In this document: positions 23,204 through 33,200 of the stretch, in pieces
How positions within the stretch are numbered: the stretch's first letter is position 1
Layout: each line of letters opens with the position of its first letter
Virus record (IMG/VR): IMGVR_UViG_3300028833_000053
Source: a virus
Lineage: Duplodnaviria; Caudoviricetes
Strand: one strand, 5' to 3'
Length of the DNA: 64,000 nt
The notes under the pieces: generated by a model
Seen by the model: the letters and a program-made list of their open reading frames with translations, nothing else
Databases searched by the model: none
Told to the model about the DNA's origin: nothing
Position numbers and translations under genes: made by a program

Positions 23204-23965
23204 TCATTTGAAAAACGCAGCCAACGCGGAATTCGTCCTCGTTATGACAACCCCTTCCATGTCCTGTGGAGTGCGTCCCTTCATCAAGTGGCAAAACTCG
23301 TCATAAAGAATTGGAACGTCAAACCTCATCTTGTCCGTTGAGACAATTTCCTTGTACTTCTTTCCCGACAGGCAACCGAACACGTCACCCAAATATGGAA
23401 TGGTCTTTCCACAAAGGGAACGCACAAGCCTTATCGTGGACATCTTCGGCGCAACTTTGGACATCTGACCGTCAATCCACTTCAACAGATCGGCCAAAAA
23501 CCCAACATCGCTGTTGAAGTTGTATTGTGGAATGTCATTGTCGAAAATCACTTCATATCCACCTCCACCACCAAACGTGTCACCCTTCGTCGGAACGTCA
23601 TTTGAAACGTCTACGATGATGGTGTTCATGGATTGAAGCAACTTCTTCATATACTGGCGTTCGGTTGGATTCATAGGCGTTTCCATCCAATCCTTGAATC
23701 CCTCGGAAATTATGATGTTGTTGAAACGCCCAGCGACCAAGGAAACGTCAAATATGAACTCGTTGAACCAACTGTTTGACTGCTTCCCGGAATCAATGTC
23801 GCTGATTATGTTGAAATTGCACGTATTCGAGACCTCATCCTCCTTCATAAACTTCGCATGGATGTTGTCCGCTATGGAAATGGCATGGGGATTCTTGCCT
23901 ATAAGCAAGATGTTGAAAATCCCCAGCTCCTGGCTATTCTTCTTTTTCTTCATCTTAAACCTCAC
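23204..23965 (-). CDS. Hypothetical protein
   Basis: 253-aa ORF abutting both neighbours. Confidence 0.6.
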   Translation of the reverse strand: MRFKMKKKKNSQELGIFNILLIGKNPHAISIADNIHAKFMKEDEVSNTCNFNIISDIDSGKQSNSWFNEFIFDVSLVAGRFNNIIISEGFKDWMETPMNPTERQYMKKLLQSMNTIIVDVSNDVPTKGDTFGGGGGYEVIFDNDIPQYNFNSDVGFLADLLKWIDGQMSKVAPKMSTIRLVRSLCGKTIPYLGDVFGCLSGKKYKEIVSTDKMRFDVPILYDEFCHLMKGRTPQDMEGVVITRTNSALAAFFK

Positions 23966-24538
23966 TTAAAAATGTCCACCTGACGAAAGTATCTGCTTGA
24001 TGTAGTTCACCAACGTGACCTCGCTCACAGGTTGGTAGTCCCAAAGGTCCGTGCAAACGTTTATGTTCAAGACCTTGTTCACCTTGTCAACCATGTACTT
24101 CTCTCCATTCCAAAGTTCATGGCAATGCCCGCAGATGTTTATGTCACCCGGCTTCAAATGCAAACGGCTTCGGGGGTCGGTGGATGGATAATGGCAAAGC
24201 ACCACGTTGAAAGCCTTGCCAAGAACCATTCTCATGGACATGGCAATGCTTTTCACCCCATTGTTGGGGTCGTGGTTTCCCTCGATGTTGACCACCATGG
24301 CGGTGAAACGCTTTTGCGTCTCACGCCAAGGCAGCAACATTCCGGGTCGTCCAGTATCGTCCTTAAGGCAGTACAAGTCCCCAACATGGTATAGAACATC
24401 GTCTTTTTCCTTTGCAATGTCGTTGCAGTTCTTGATGAGTTTGTCCGTCATCTCGATGTTGTCCATAAAGGGTCGCTTGCACATCTCAAGGACTTTACTA
24501 GACCCAAGATGCAAATCTGATGTGAAGTATCTTCGCAT
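23966..24538 (-). CDS. Calcineurin-like metallophosphoesterase
   Basis: 'SDLHLG', 'VGD', 'GNHD', 'HYP', 'GHCH'. Confidence 0.85.
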   Translation of the reverse strand: MRRYFTSDLHLGSSKVLEMCKRPFMDNIEMTDKLIKNCNDIAKEKDDVLYHVGDLYCLKDDTGRPGMLLPWRETQKRFTAMVVNIEGNHDPNNGVKSIAMSMRMVLGKAFNVVLCHYPSTDPRSRLHLKPGDINICGHCHELWNGEKYMVDKVNKVLNINVCTDLWDYQPVSEVTLVNYIKQILSSGGHF

Positions 24539-24565
24539 GTGGATTCGCCATCTTGCTTCTCCGTG

Positions 24566-25738
24566 TTAGCCGAGCGACATCCCGGCGAGAATGTCATCAA
24601 TCTTCTTGTTGATGTCTCCGTCTGGTGCCGGCGCAGGGGCGAGAGCGGCCTTCTTCGGTTCGGCCTTTGGGGCGGGAGCCGGAGTTGGCGCAGGTGCCGG
24701 TGCAGGAATGTCATCGGCGTCCTCGGTCACGTCCTTTGCAACAGGATCCCCAACCACGGGATCGCCAACCACAGGGTCTTTGGCAACAGGCGCAGGAGCC
24801 ACGGGCTTCACTGCCTCGGCATATGCCACTGGAGCCTTGGGAGCCGCCACCGGAGGAATGTCCATGGGAATGTCATCATTGACATTGGACTGGGAAGAGA
24901 AGTTCTCAATGTAGAACTGCTCAAGCTCCTCCTTCGTGGGAACCGTGTACCAATTGGCGTCGAACTGAACGTCATCCACCAACTCGTCCGTCAGGGAGTC
25001 AAGGTGCTTCGGGGCGGTGGTGAAACCAATCCTCGTGAAACCATTCTTCATGAAACGGAACTCGTTGGGCTTGCCCTCGTTCTTCACCTTCTCAACCTTG
25101 CCCCAAGTGAAGAACAAATCGCAAGCATCGTTGTTCCAAATCGGAGTGTTGTTCGCCTGAGATGCGTTGATCTGGGTGAGAAGAGCCTGATAGCCGTCCT
25201 CGTCAAGGGTGAGAACCTTCACCGCGCCATCGTTCGCCTCGTAGTTGGGGTCCGAAACCACATACACAAGGACGCGGACTGCCAAAGTGTTGTGAAGGGA
25301 CTTCATCTTCCCCTTGGCTTCCTGGTTCTTGAAATGGGAATCGTTGAAAGCCTTCCAAGCTGCACCGTATGCGTTGCACATCGGGCACTGGGACTTCGTG
25401 AGCGTGGAATTCGCCTTGACGTAATCCGTCTGCGGACACACAATCGTGCGGCTCACGCGCTTCGGCTTCGCGGGATCGTCCGTAGGCACTTCCTTCCAAA
25501 CCTGGTGGATGTGCTGAATGATGAACGGGAAGTCCCTGTAGTGGGCGAAGTTGGAAGAGGAAACAAAATTCGGATGTGGCTGCGTATTCAACAGGCGCAC
25601 ACGGTAGAACTTTCCCTCTTCGGTTGGACGCAAGAACAACTGGGAAGTGTTCTTTGCGAATTCACGGTTCTTCCTCTGAGTGAGAAGACCCGTCATTATT
25701 GAACTGGTCGGCATTCCGACATGTGTATTTGTCATCAT
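24566..25738 (-). CDS. Single-stranded DNA-binding protein, T4 gp32-like
   Basis: 'YRVRLL', Zn ligands (H...CP...CPMC), 'VYVVSDP...NDGAVKVL', flexible linker and acidic tail 'IDDILAGM'. Confidence 0.8.
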   Translation of the reverse strand: MMTNTHVGMPTSSIMTGLLTQRKNREFAKNTSQLFLRPTEEGKFYRVRLLNTQPHPNFVSSSNFAHYRDFPFIIQHIHQVWKEVPTDDPAKPKRVSRTIVCPQTDYVKANSTLTKSQCPMCNAYGAAWKAFNDSHFKNQEAKGKMKSLHNTLAVRVLVYVVSDPNYEANDGAVKVLTLDEDGYQALLTQINASQANNTPIWNNDACDLFFTWGKVEKVKNEGKPNEFRFMKNGFTRIGFTTAPKHLDSLTDELVDDVQFDANWYTVPTKEELEQFYIENFSSQSNVNDDIPMDIPPVAAPKAPVAYAEAVKPVAPAPVAKDPVVGDPVVGDPVAKDVTEDADDIPAPAPAPTPAPAPKAEPKKAALAPAPAPDGDINKKIDDILAGMSLG

Positions 25739-25855
25739 TTTTACTTTACCTCTGTTTTTCTTTTTTCTGTTTTACTTGTTACTGGCTTCAACAGTGAAAC
25801 ACCATTGTCGCCAACAGTATTTACACTATTTCCACCAATATCAATTATACGAAAT

Positions 25856-26269
25856 TCAGCCATTCAACTTTATTACCTCTATGGCGTTCTTGATGTTGTA
25901 CCCGAACTCCGACAAGGACGCAATAGCCTGTGCAATCACCTCAAGCGACAAGTCAATGTTCTTCTTTGTCGCGTCTATCTTTTTCAAGGTCTCGTCCTCC
26001 TGGTTCATCGTCTTCAACTTGTCAAACGCGCTTCCTTTCGCCTTTTCAGCCAATGACTTTTGGTACTCAGCGCGTATGCCGTTCAACCTCTGCAAAGTCT
26101 CCTTCTCCTTTGCCATGTACCCAACCCATTTGGCTTTCATGGAAGAAGTTGTAAGGGCTTTCTCACGCAAATTCGCAAGGGTGAGGTTCAAGTCCTCTTT
26201 CAATTCCCTTGAATACTGCATCGCAGGGGAATCCTGCCTCTTCTCTGTCTCTTCAATTTCCATAGTCAT
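25856..26269 (-). CDS. uvsY: UvsY-like recombination mediator
   Basis: 137-aa helical protein ending 'FGYNIKNAIEVIK', like the UvsY C-terminus; adjacent to gp32. Confidence 0.7.
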   Translation of the reverse strand: MTMEIEETEKRQDSPAMQYSRELKEDLNLTLANLREKALTTSSMKAKWVGYMAKEKETLQRLNGIRAEYQKSLAEKAKGSAFDKLKTMNQEDETLKKIDATKKNIDLSLEVIAQAIASLSEFGYNIKNAIEVIKLNG

Positions 26270-26273
26270 CCTT

Positions 26274-26302
26274 ATTATACCAGGAAAAAGATTTTTCGTA
26301 AA
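26274..26302 (-). promoter_or_regulatory. Sigma70-type promoter for uvsY
   Basis: TTTACG-N17-TATAAT with extended TG. Confidence 0.6.
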
Positions 26303-26390
26303 GTGTAAATACTGTGGTTTATTGCAAATGGCAAACTGCGTATAATTTAGCTAAACTAGCTTGAACGAGTACATTTTGAGAAAAACGACA

Positions 26391-27920
26391 ATGGCAACTG
26401 AAAAGAGAACAAGAGGAAAGCGCAAAATGGCGAAAAAAGCCAACGACGCGGTTGTTTCCATTCAGTTGCACGGTCTGAAACCCTTAAATGAATCCAATTT
26501 ACCCATCATCGACACCACCATAAAGACCTTCAATTCGGCATCCAGATGCGCGTTCAAGAGGTTCAAGCAGATTGGGTTGAAGGGGATGTGGAAAAAAGTT
26601 GGAAGAAAAAATTTCTGGCAAATTGACAAGGACGCGGGCTCACCCATCCAAGGCGCAATCGCCTCTGTCAAGTATTGGCTTGAAGCAAACAACTACGAAT
26701 TGGATTCCACCCTGACCCAAAACGCAGTGATGGAAGGGTTCAGAAACTACATGTCATTTGAACGCCAACAGTCAAAGTGGCGCACGTCAAAGACCAGCCC
26801 ATCGTTCGGCGACATGGATGCAAGGTCAAGGAACAAACTCACCAAAGAGGAATTCCAACTTACAAGAAATGGCTCAATGACCGTGATTGGCAAGGCAAGA
26901 AACGGCAATCCAAAGTTCAGGTTTGACGTTGAGAACAGCATTGTCAGTTTCCTCTATAAAAGGAAAAAACTGGGCTTTTCCTTCCTTTCAAACCGTTTCT
27001 CCAGGAAGAGCATTGAAAAACTGAACGACATCGCAAGGTTTATGTCAGAAGGTAAACTTCCAGTGACAATGACCTTGACAAAGACCGACAATGAAAAGTA
27101 CAACCTGACCCTGACATATTCCGAAAAGGAATTCCGCGAATTGAAAAAAGAATGTCCCAGACTACGTTCCAGTATTGTCAGTGGGATATGGGTCAGTGAC
27201 GAAGTTATACACCATCAGATAGTTGACGCAAGCAGGAACAACAAAGTCCTTCACGCGCATACCTACAAGGTTGAGGAGTTCTCCGGCGAAAAGAAGTTCA
27301 GAGACTATCTTGAAAGCCGCAGACTTGAACATGACTGGCATATAGTCAACAAGTTAAAGGAACGCGCCAAGAACAAACTTCTGGTTGGTGCAAGAAAGAC
27401 ACTTGCAAAGATTTTCAACATAAGCAAGTCCTATGGGGCAAAAACGGTTGTGCTTGAAAAGCCAACTTCCAAGAGCAAGAGAAGTTTCAACTGCTCCCTC
27501 ATAGGATTCAACAAGTTCTCCGTCCAAAACGGAACCGGAAAGAGCTGCTTCATGACATATTCCAAGTTCGTGCAGATGGTGAAAAGCCAATGTGCGAAGT
27601 CTGGAATGGAAATGTCCATGGTGAACGGAGAGTTCATCCAGCTCAAGGCTATTTTAGATTCAACCAGCGTTTCGGACGCAATAGGGAACGCCTGCTCCGA
27701 AATGTTGGCAAGACAAACAAGAGGATATGACCCCCGCCTGACCGACTGGCGCAAGTATATGTCCCAAGACCCTTCCATGCTTGATTGGGTCGGACATCTG
27801 CTTCACAACAAACGCTCTCGGCAGGCAAGGGGTGAAATCAAAGTCGCGTTCCAAACAAGGGCCGTGGAGAAAGCGGTCCGCCTAATTGACAAAAGGCAAA
27901 TACGCAACGCATCCGTCTGA
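26391..27920 (+). CDS. IS200/IS605 TnpB-related protein with apparently inactivated RuvC
   Basis: TnpB-like order of features (FNSASRCAFKRF; GNPKFRFD; VVLEKP; CAKSG..MSMVN; DAI..ACSEMLAR), but RuvC-I reads GIWVS instead of GIDxN; no adjacent transposase. Confidence 0.7.
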   Translation: MATEKRTRGKRKMAKKANDAVVSIQLHGLKPLNESNLPIIDTTIKTFNSASRCAFKRFKQIGLKGMWKKVGRKNFWQIDKDAGSPIQGAIASVKYWLEANNYELDSTLTQNAVMEGFRNYMSFERQQSKWRTSKTSPSFGDMDARSRNKLTKEEFQLTRNGSMTVIGKARNGNPKFRFDVENSIVSFLYKRKKLGFSFLSNRFSRKSIEKLNDIARFMSEGKLPVTMTLTKTDNEKYNLTLTYSEKEFRELKKECPRLRSSIVSGIWVSDEVIHHQIVDASRNNKVLHAHTYKVEEFSGEKKFRDYLESRRLEHDWHIVNKLKERAKNKLLVGARKTLAKIFNISKSYGAKTVVLEKPTSKSKRSFNCSLIGFNKFSVQNGTGKSCFMTYSKFVQMVKSQCAKSGMEMSMVNGEFIQLKAILDSTSVSDAIGNACSEMLARQTRGYDPRLTDWRKYMSQDPSMLDWVGHLLHNKRSRQARGEIKVAFQTRAVEKAVRLIDKRQIRNASV

Positions 27921-28500
27921 GCATTAGGTTCGGACACATGCCTATGGCAATGCGTTGGCGGGCATTTCGTAATATCCACCATTGGCTTAACCAGCCTTTC
28001 ATAAGGGATTTATCCGCCTTTATGACTGTTTATGACAGAGTACATAATATACCGTTAATGTTTCTTGACAATTAAATTTCAAGTTCCTAACTTCACAATG
28101 AAATTCAAGTTAAAAAGAACTTATTGTAGAAGACTTCATGTTGGAAAAATATTGAATAGAAGAATTGATGTTGGAACATTGTATAAAGGAATTTTACATG
28201 TTGGGTATTGTAAAGTCCAGGTTTCACAATATCCAACTTCGTTGGATAGGAAACAATTGGAAGTCAGAGAATGGTCTAACGACCATTGGATGTTTTCTTC
28301 GGCAAGCCTTGAAAACATCCGGAACGAACAAGTCTTACTTGAAAAGCCTTTCACAGGAAATTTAACATATTCTTTGGGAATTTCGACGAATGTATCTTCT
28401 CAAGCCTGGGAAGTTTGACATATGTCCGTCCCAACCCCGGAATGTTTAATTAATATAGGAGATATATAGATGATAGGAGGACAGGGATTTATTTTATTGT
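27921..28500 (+). ncRNA. Putative structured non-coding RNA region with degenerate ~30-nt repeats
   Basis: 580-bp AT-rich gap with several hairpins, an ATGACT-N17-TATAAT promoter at 28022-28050, and ATGTTGG at 28138/28168/28198. Confidence 0.45.
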
Positions 28501-28503
28501 CCA

Positions 28504-30273
28504 TTATTGTTGTTCATCATTCAAGACATTTCCATCATCGTCCGTCACTTGAACTTCCCCATCCTCGGGCTTTTCCACTTCATCATCGTCACCCAACGTC
28601 ACTGAATTGTCGGCGTTTGGCTCGTCCTTTGGTGGAGGGGTGGGGTTTTCTTTTGGCTTCTGTTCCGTGGGCTTTGGCTCCGGCTTGGCTTCAGGCTCCT
28701 TGTCAACGGTCACCTGTTCCTTGTTGTTCCCCTGTGGCTTTTCCGGCGGTGGAGGCGTTTCCTTTTCAGGTTCCTCTTCCTGCTTGTCCGTCACCTGAAC
28801 TTCATCGTCATTGTCATCAACGATGCCATCGTCCTGGTTCTTCAGCTCGTCACGCTCCTTGTCGTCAATCTTCTGCTGTTCCTCACGCTCCCTCTTGCGC
28901 TCCAGTTCGTCAATTTCGCGCTTGATTTCAACAGGGAACTTTGGGGTGAAGGACTGCTTGCTTTCCCTAACGTCAAGGCAGTTCTCTATGAGGAAGCACT
29001 TTATGCAGTTGTCCTCACCGGGCGTGAAGTCCTGGGCGTAGAAGTACGTGCTTCTTCCACGGGTCTTCGTGTTCCTTGTGCGGTAGGAATAGGGCGCAAC
29101 CTTCCTTGAAATGACTGTTCCATCTTCAACGGTCTCGTACTTCAACCAAACCATCTTGTGATTCTCTGCGCATTGGGCTATGATGTCCCACATGTCGTTT
29201 TGACGGGCTTCCTCCATCAACTGCGCATCTTCGTCGCCGTCCTCGTTCACCTTTCTCTTTTTCCTCCTGCGCCTTTTCTTCTTTGGCTCTTCCTCTCCTG
29301 TGTAGTAGGACTTGCCATTTGGCAGTGGTGCGTTTATCCCCGGAACTTCAACATCGTCTATTATCCACTTGCAGTTCTTGCAGTACACGCCCTTAAACTC
29401 TATGGTGTACTGGTTGTTCACTATGAGCCACTTGGAGTATATCGGGAACGATGTGAGGAAATCGTCGTCGCCAGTCTCTATGATTCGCTCTATGGACTGC
29501 TCACCGGACGCCATGTCGCGAAAATCCCCAATGAACACGGCGCCACCGGCAAGCCTTTCATTTCCCTTGGCTATGTCGGTTCCAAACCAGCAAAGGTCTA
29601 TGAGGTCTCGGTTGGTTACGCGCACGTCCATGTACTGTCCACGTTCCATGTCATGCTCTATGGCATAGCGGCGCAACGCCTGTCCACACTGGTATATTAT
29701 CGTCTTGAACATCTTCTTCGCGCTGCACACTATGGATGCGTCAGGTTGCTTTTGGGAAATGCCATACAGCCTTCCATCCTTCAACTCCACTATGGTGTCG
29801 GAGCGGTTCGCGCTTCCCTTTTTCCCATGCTCCTCGGATGCGTCCACAACGTCCACTATGTCAAGCACAACGTGAACGCCATAGTTGTCCGTTATGTCAA
29901 GGTGGCAGAGCCCGTTGCTCTCAATCTCGCTGCGTATGAAACCCTGCAGTCCGATTTCATTCGCCTTTCCGGGGCGGTATATGCCACCCTTCTTCAACTC
30001 CACGATGTACACGTCATCCATTCCATCCTGCATGATGCCAAGCCAATAGCCGTCCTTCTTGGTTTTCCTTGGCACGGCGAACTGTATTCCAAGTTCCTCT
30101 GCAAGGTCGTTCACAAGGTGTTTCCTTGTTTCCTTTGGATTTGCGGAGTTTATCTGAATAACCTGAAGGTTCTTGCGCTTGTTCTTCAAATGAACATCAA
30201 GCCCATGCGACTGGAACAACTCAAAGAAATGTTCCAATGGCAGAACCTTGCTTTTTGCCTCGTGTACTTTCAT
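28504..30273 (-). CDS. Modular protein: PD-(D/E)XK-like nuclease domain + WYL domain + P/E/K-rich tail
   Basis: 'GKANE...RSDTIVE....YGISQK' nuclease-like motif; 'WLKYE....ISRKVAPYSYR...YFYAQD....IKCFLIENC.DV' WYL-like fold. Confidence 0.6.
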   Translation of the reverse strand: MKVHEAKSKVLPLEHFFELFQSHGLDVHLKNKRKNLQVIQINSANPKETRKHLVNDLAEELGIQFAVPRKTKKDGYWLGIMQDGMDDVYIVELKKGGIYRPGKANEIGLQGFIRSEIESNGLCHLDITDNYGVHVVLDIVDVVDASEEHGKKGSANRSDTIVELKDGRLYGISQKQPDASIVCSAKKMFKTIIYQCGQALRRYAIEHDMERGQYMDVRVTNRDLIDLCWFGTDIAKGNERLAGGAVFIGDFRDMASGEQSIERIIETGDDDFLTSFPIYSKWLIVNNQYTIEFKGVYCKNCKWIIDDVEVPGINAPLPNGKSYYTGEEEPKKKRRRRKKRKVNEDGDEDAQLMEEARQNDMWDIIAQCAENHKMVWLKYETVEDGTVISRKVAPYSYRTRNTKTRGRSTYFYAQDFTPGEDNCIKCFLIENCLDVRESKQSFTPKFPVEIKREIDELERKREREEQQKIDDKERDELKNQDDGIVDDNDDEVQVTDKQEEEPEKETPPPPEKPQGNNKEQVTVDKEPEAKPEPKPTEQKPKENPTPPPKDEPNADNSVTLGDDDEVEKPEDGEVQVTDDDGNVLNDEQQ

Positions 30274-30283
30274 GTTTTTCTCC

Positions 30284-33200
30284 TCAATTGAACTTCAGCC
30301 AAGACGGCGCCCCGTATCTTCCCTTGTGCTGCTCCATTTCGTTCTGGAAGCATCTTCCTATTTCATGCCTGGTTTCATCATCTTCCCACATTGGGGAGTC
30401 AATAAGTGCATCGTACATGTCCTTTGCGGTCATCAAGTCACGGTAGTCAAGGGAATCATCGTTGAACAGGATGTGGATTATCTTGTCGGGGTCGTCAGTG
30501 ATGAATTCCTTTTCAACGTCCCATCCCTTTGCATATCCACCTGACTTCTTCACTTTCCTCTTCCTGTGAACCTTGAACAGCCCTTCGTTGAACTTGAAGT
30601 CATAACGTATCATGTCAACTGGCATCTTGCCCTCTCCGGGAATCTCATCCGTCTTGAGGATTTCCCTGTGGCCGCCCATCGCAATAGCCTTGAGCAGAAT
30701 CATCCTTATCGCCCCCTTTGGATTGATGTCGTCTGGATTCTCGCCATCCGGCACTTCAAGTTCCTGGTTTCCGTGCATTCCCCACGTCACGAACTTCATG
30801 TTGTTCGTGATGACGAAATCCAACTGCACGTACTTGTTCTCCTGCTTTCCATCGTCGTTTGCAATCGGCCAGAAGCATGACACGGACTTCCATCCATATC
30901 CCTTCGCGGTCGCATCGTAAACGTCGAGTTCGTCGAACAGGTCTTGGCAGAAGTCCACGAATTCCTCTGGTGTTTCGCAACCGGTTCCCTTCATCACCTT
31001 GTCCTGTGGCATTGCAAGGTCAATGTCCCCTGACGTGCCGCCCGGAAGTTTCTTTCCGGTTGAACCCACGCTTTCAACATCATCCTTCGTCAAACCCAAT
31101 TTTGGAAGAAGCCTCTTGAAGATGTCATCCAAAGTGCCTTTGACGTTTTCCTGGTTTATCCTTGCTTTCAGTTCTTCCGGACAATCGCTCTTGGCATGTC
31201 CACCCTCGTTCACCTGTTGTTTCTTGTTGAACTTGTCGGCTCTTGTCTGGTCGGTCATTGAAGGATAGTCGCCACTTTCGGGATTCAATATGGAATACAC
31301 TTCCTCAAACTGCTCTTCGCTCAATTCGCTTGGGAGAACCTTGCGCAACGCCTCCTTGTCGTCGATGTGGTCTCTGACATAGGAAGCTGAAATGTTGTCG
31401 TTCCCCTCTTGTGTTGCGTCAATGGCGTTTTCCTCTATTGGAAGTATCTCCACGTTCTGCAGAGTGTCCTTGAACTTGTCGGTTGTGAACGCGCTGAACC
31501 TTGACATGTCATCTTTCTTTGACAAGCCAAACATGACCTTGCAGTTGGAGAAGTGGCGAACGGTTGCGGAAATCCAGTTCATTGGATTCAACGTCATTGC
31601 TATCTGAACGTTGTCAAGGTGCGCCGCCTTGCAGTAGATTTCAAGGATTTCTCCCGCCACGAAATTCGGCATTGCGCGTCCCAACTTGTCGTATCTCTGG
31701 GATGCCACGTTTGTCTGTCCGGAAACCGCCACGATAACCTCGTCGCAAATCTCGGCGTAGTGCTTTATCATGTCAAGGTGTCCCTTGTGCGGAGGTCTGA
31801 ATGAACCCGGAATCAGGGCAATGGTCTTTCCCTTCTGGTCAACAACCTTGCCGTCAATCATCTCCACAAGGGACATGACGTCCGTGGTCAGCCTTGATGG
31901 GTCAAACCTCTCTGGCAGGTTCTTCGCCCTGTCCTTTGAGATTCCATCTATGAACTTCGGTAGGTCCGTCCTTGTCTCGGCGTTCTTCACAAGTTCCTGT
32001 GCGCGTTCAATGTACTTTGGCAGAAGTTCCGAATACTTGTCTTGGTATTGCTCTGGGTTCTGCCTCACCTTGTTCACCATCTGGACAAGGCTTGCGCGTT
32101 CGGGGCTTCCCGTTATGTTCGCAAGGAAGAGCTTCGTGAAGTCCTTCATTTCGTCAATCTCTGAGAAGTAGCCGTTGCGTATGTCCTTCCATGACTGGTA
32201 GTGTATGCCATAGAGACGTCCGTTCAACTCGAAAGCCACGCCCTCAAGAGAACCATCGTCAGCCGGCATTATGCCGGGGTTCTTGAACTTCTTCTTCATC
32301 AAGTCCGTCATGGATGCGTTTATCTAGTCCCTTACGGTCTCCGCCTGGTCTTTCTTCATCTTCTCGGGTGGCGTGTTCTTCAAAGCCTGTATGACTTCAT
32401 CCGGGAAGTCCGAAGCAGAAACCTCAACTTCCTGAGCGAACTTGTTTATATCGAAGTAGGAGGCTGAGGAATCCGAAAGTTCGGAGCAGGCGAAGTCAAT
32501 CACCTTCTGCTTCTGCTCCGGTTCAAGGTCAAACGTCCTCTCCTTCGTCATACCCTTCGCGTCAATCACAACAAGAGAACCCTTTGAACCCAGCTTGTTC
32601 GCGTCATAGGTCGTGCCGACATAGGTTATGGTTCCGTTTTTGTCCTTGAACTCGTCGCCATTCGCAAGAAGCTCGCCAATCAACTTCACGCCCTCAACCC
32701 CAACTTCGTGAAGGAAACCAGCCATCTTCTTGTTCTGGTGTTGTTCAACGTAGTCGTAGAAGTTCCTTTCGTGTGGGTGTACGCTCTTGTTGGATTCCAC
32801 GCCCTGCTTGTCCATCAACCCGGAATATGAAAGCTCCATGAACACCTTGCCGTCCATCCAGGCAACCCTAAAAGGATAGCCGTCAATCTTTGGCGTGGTC
32901 TTTATCATCAACGAGGAATCGTTCACTCCCGAAATGAAGTCCTGAAGAAACTGGCGCAAGTCCTTTCCAGTCAATTGGTGGATTTTCGTCATGGCTTGAC
33001 GTGGCGTGTCAATCTCCGCCATGTCCTTCGTGGAACGTATGGATTCGTCGATTTCTTCCGGTGTTTCGTAGTCGCTCACCTTCAATCCAAGGAAATCCTC
33101 CAGTTCGGGTGGTAGGTAGTCTATGCTTCCCTTCTTCAAGGGTCTTTCAATTCCCGTCTTGAGGGATTTCTTGAACTGCTCCGCCCTTGCTGGGTTCTTC

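Noticed and set aside
26391-27920. Active IS200/IS605 element
   Set aside because: No TnpA or resolvase, no recognisable element ends, and the RuvC-I Asp is absent.
28141-28152. 12-nt match TTGGAAAAATAT to the intergenic site 43708-43719 as a guide target
   Set aside because: Short, AT-rich and includes repeat core; plausible by chance.
28074-28230. Canonical CRISPR array
   Set aside because: The shared core is only ~7-14 nt and degenerate with a ~30-nt period, and there are no cas1/cas2 genes. Kept only as a degenerate-repeat finding.
28065-28418. 117-aa ORF in the gap after the TnpB-like gene
   Set aside because: AT-rich atypical codon usage, no clear RBS, and it overlaps hairpins and repeats; more likely non-coding.
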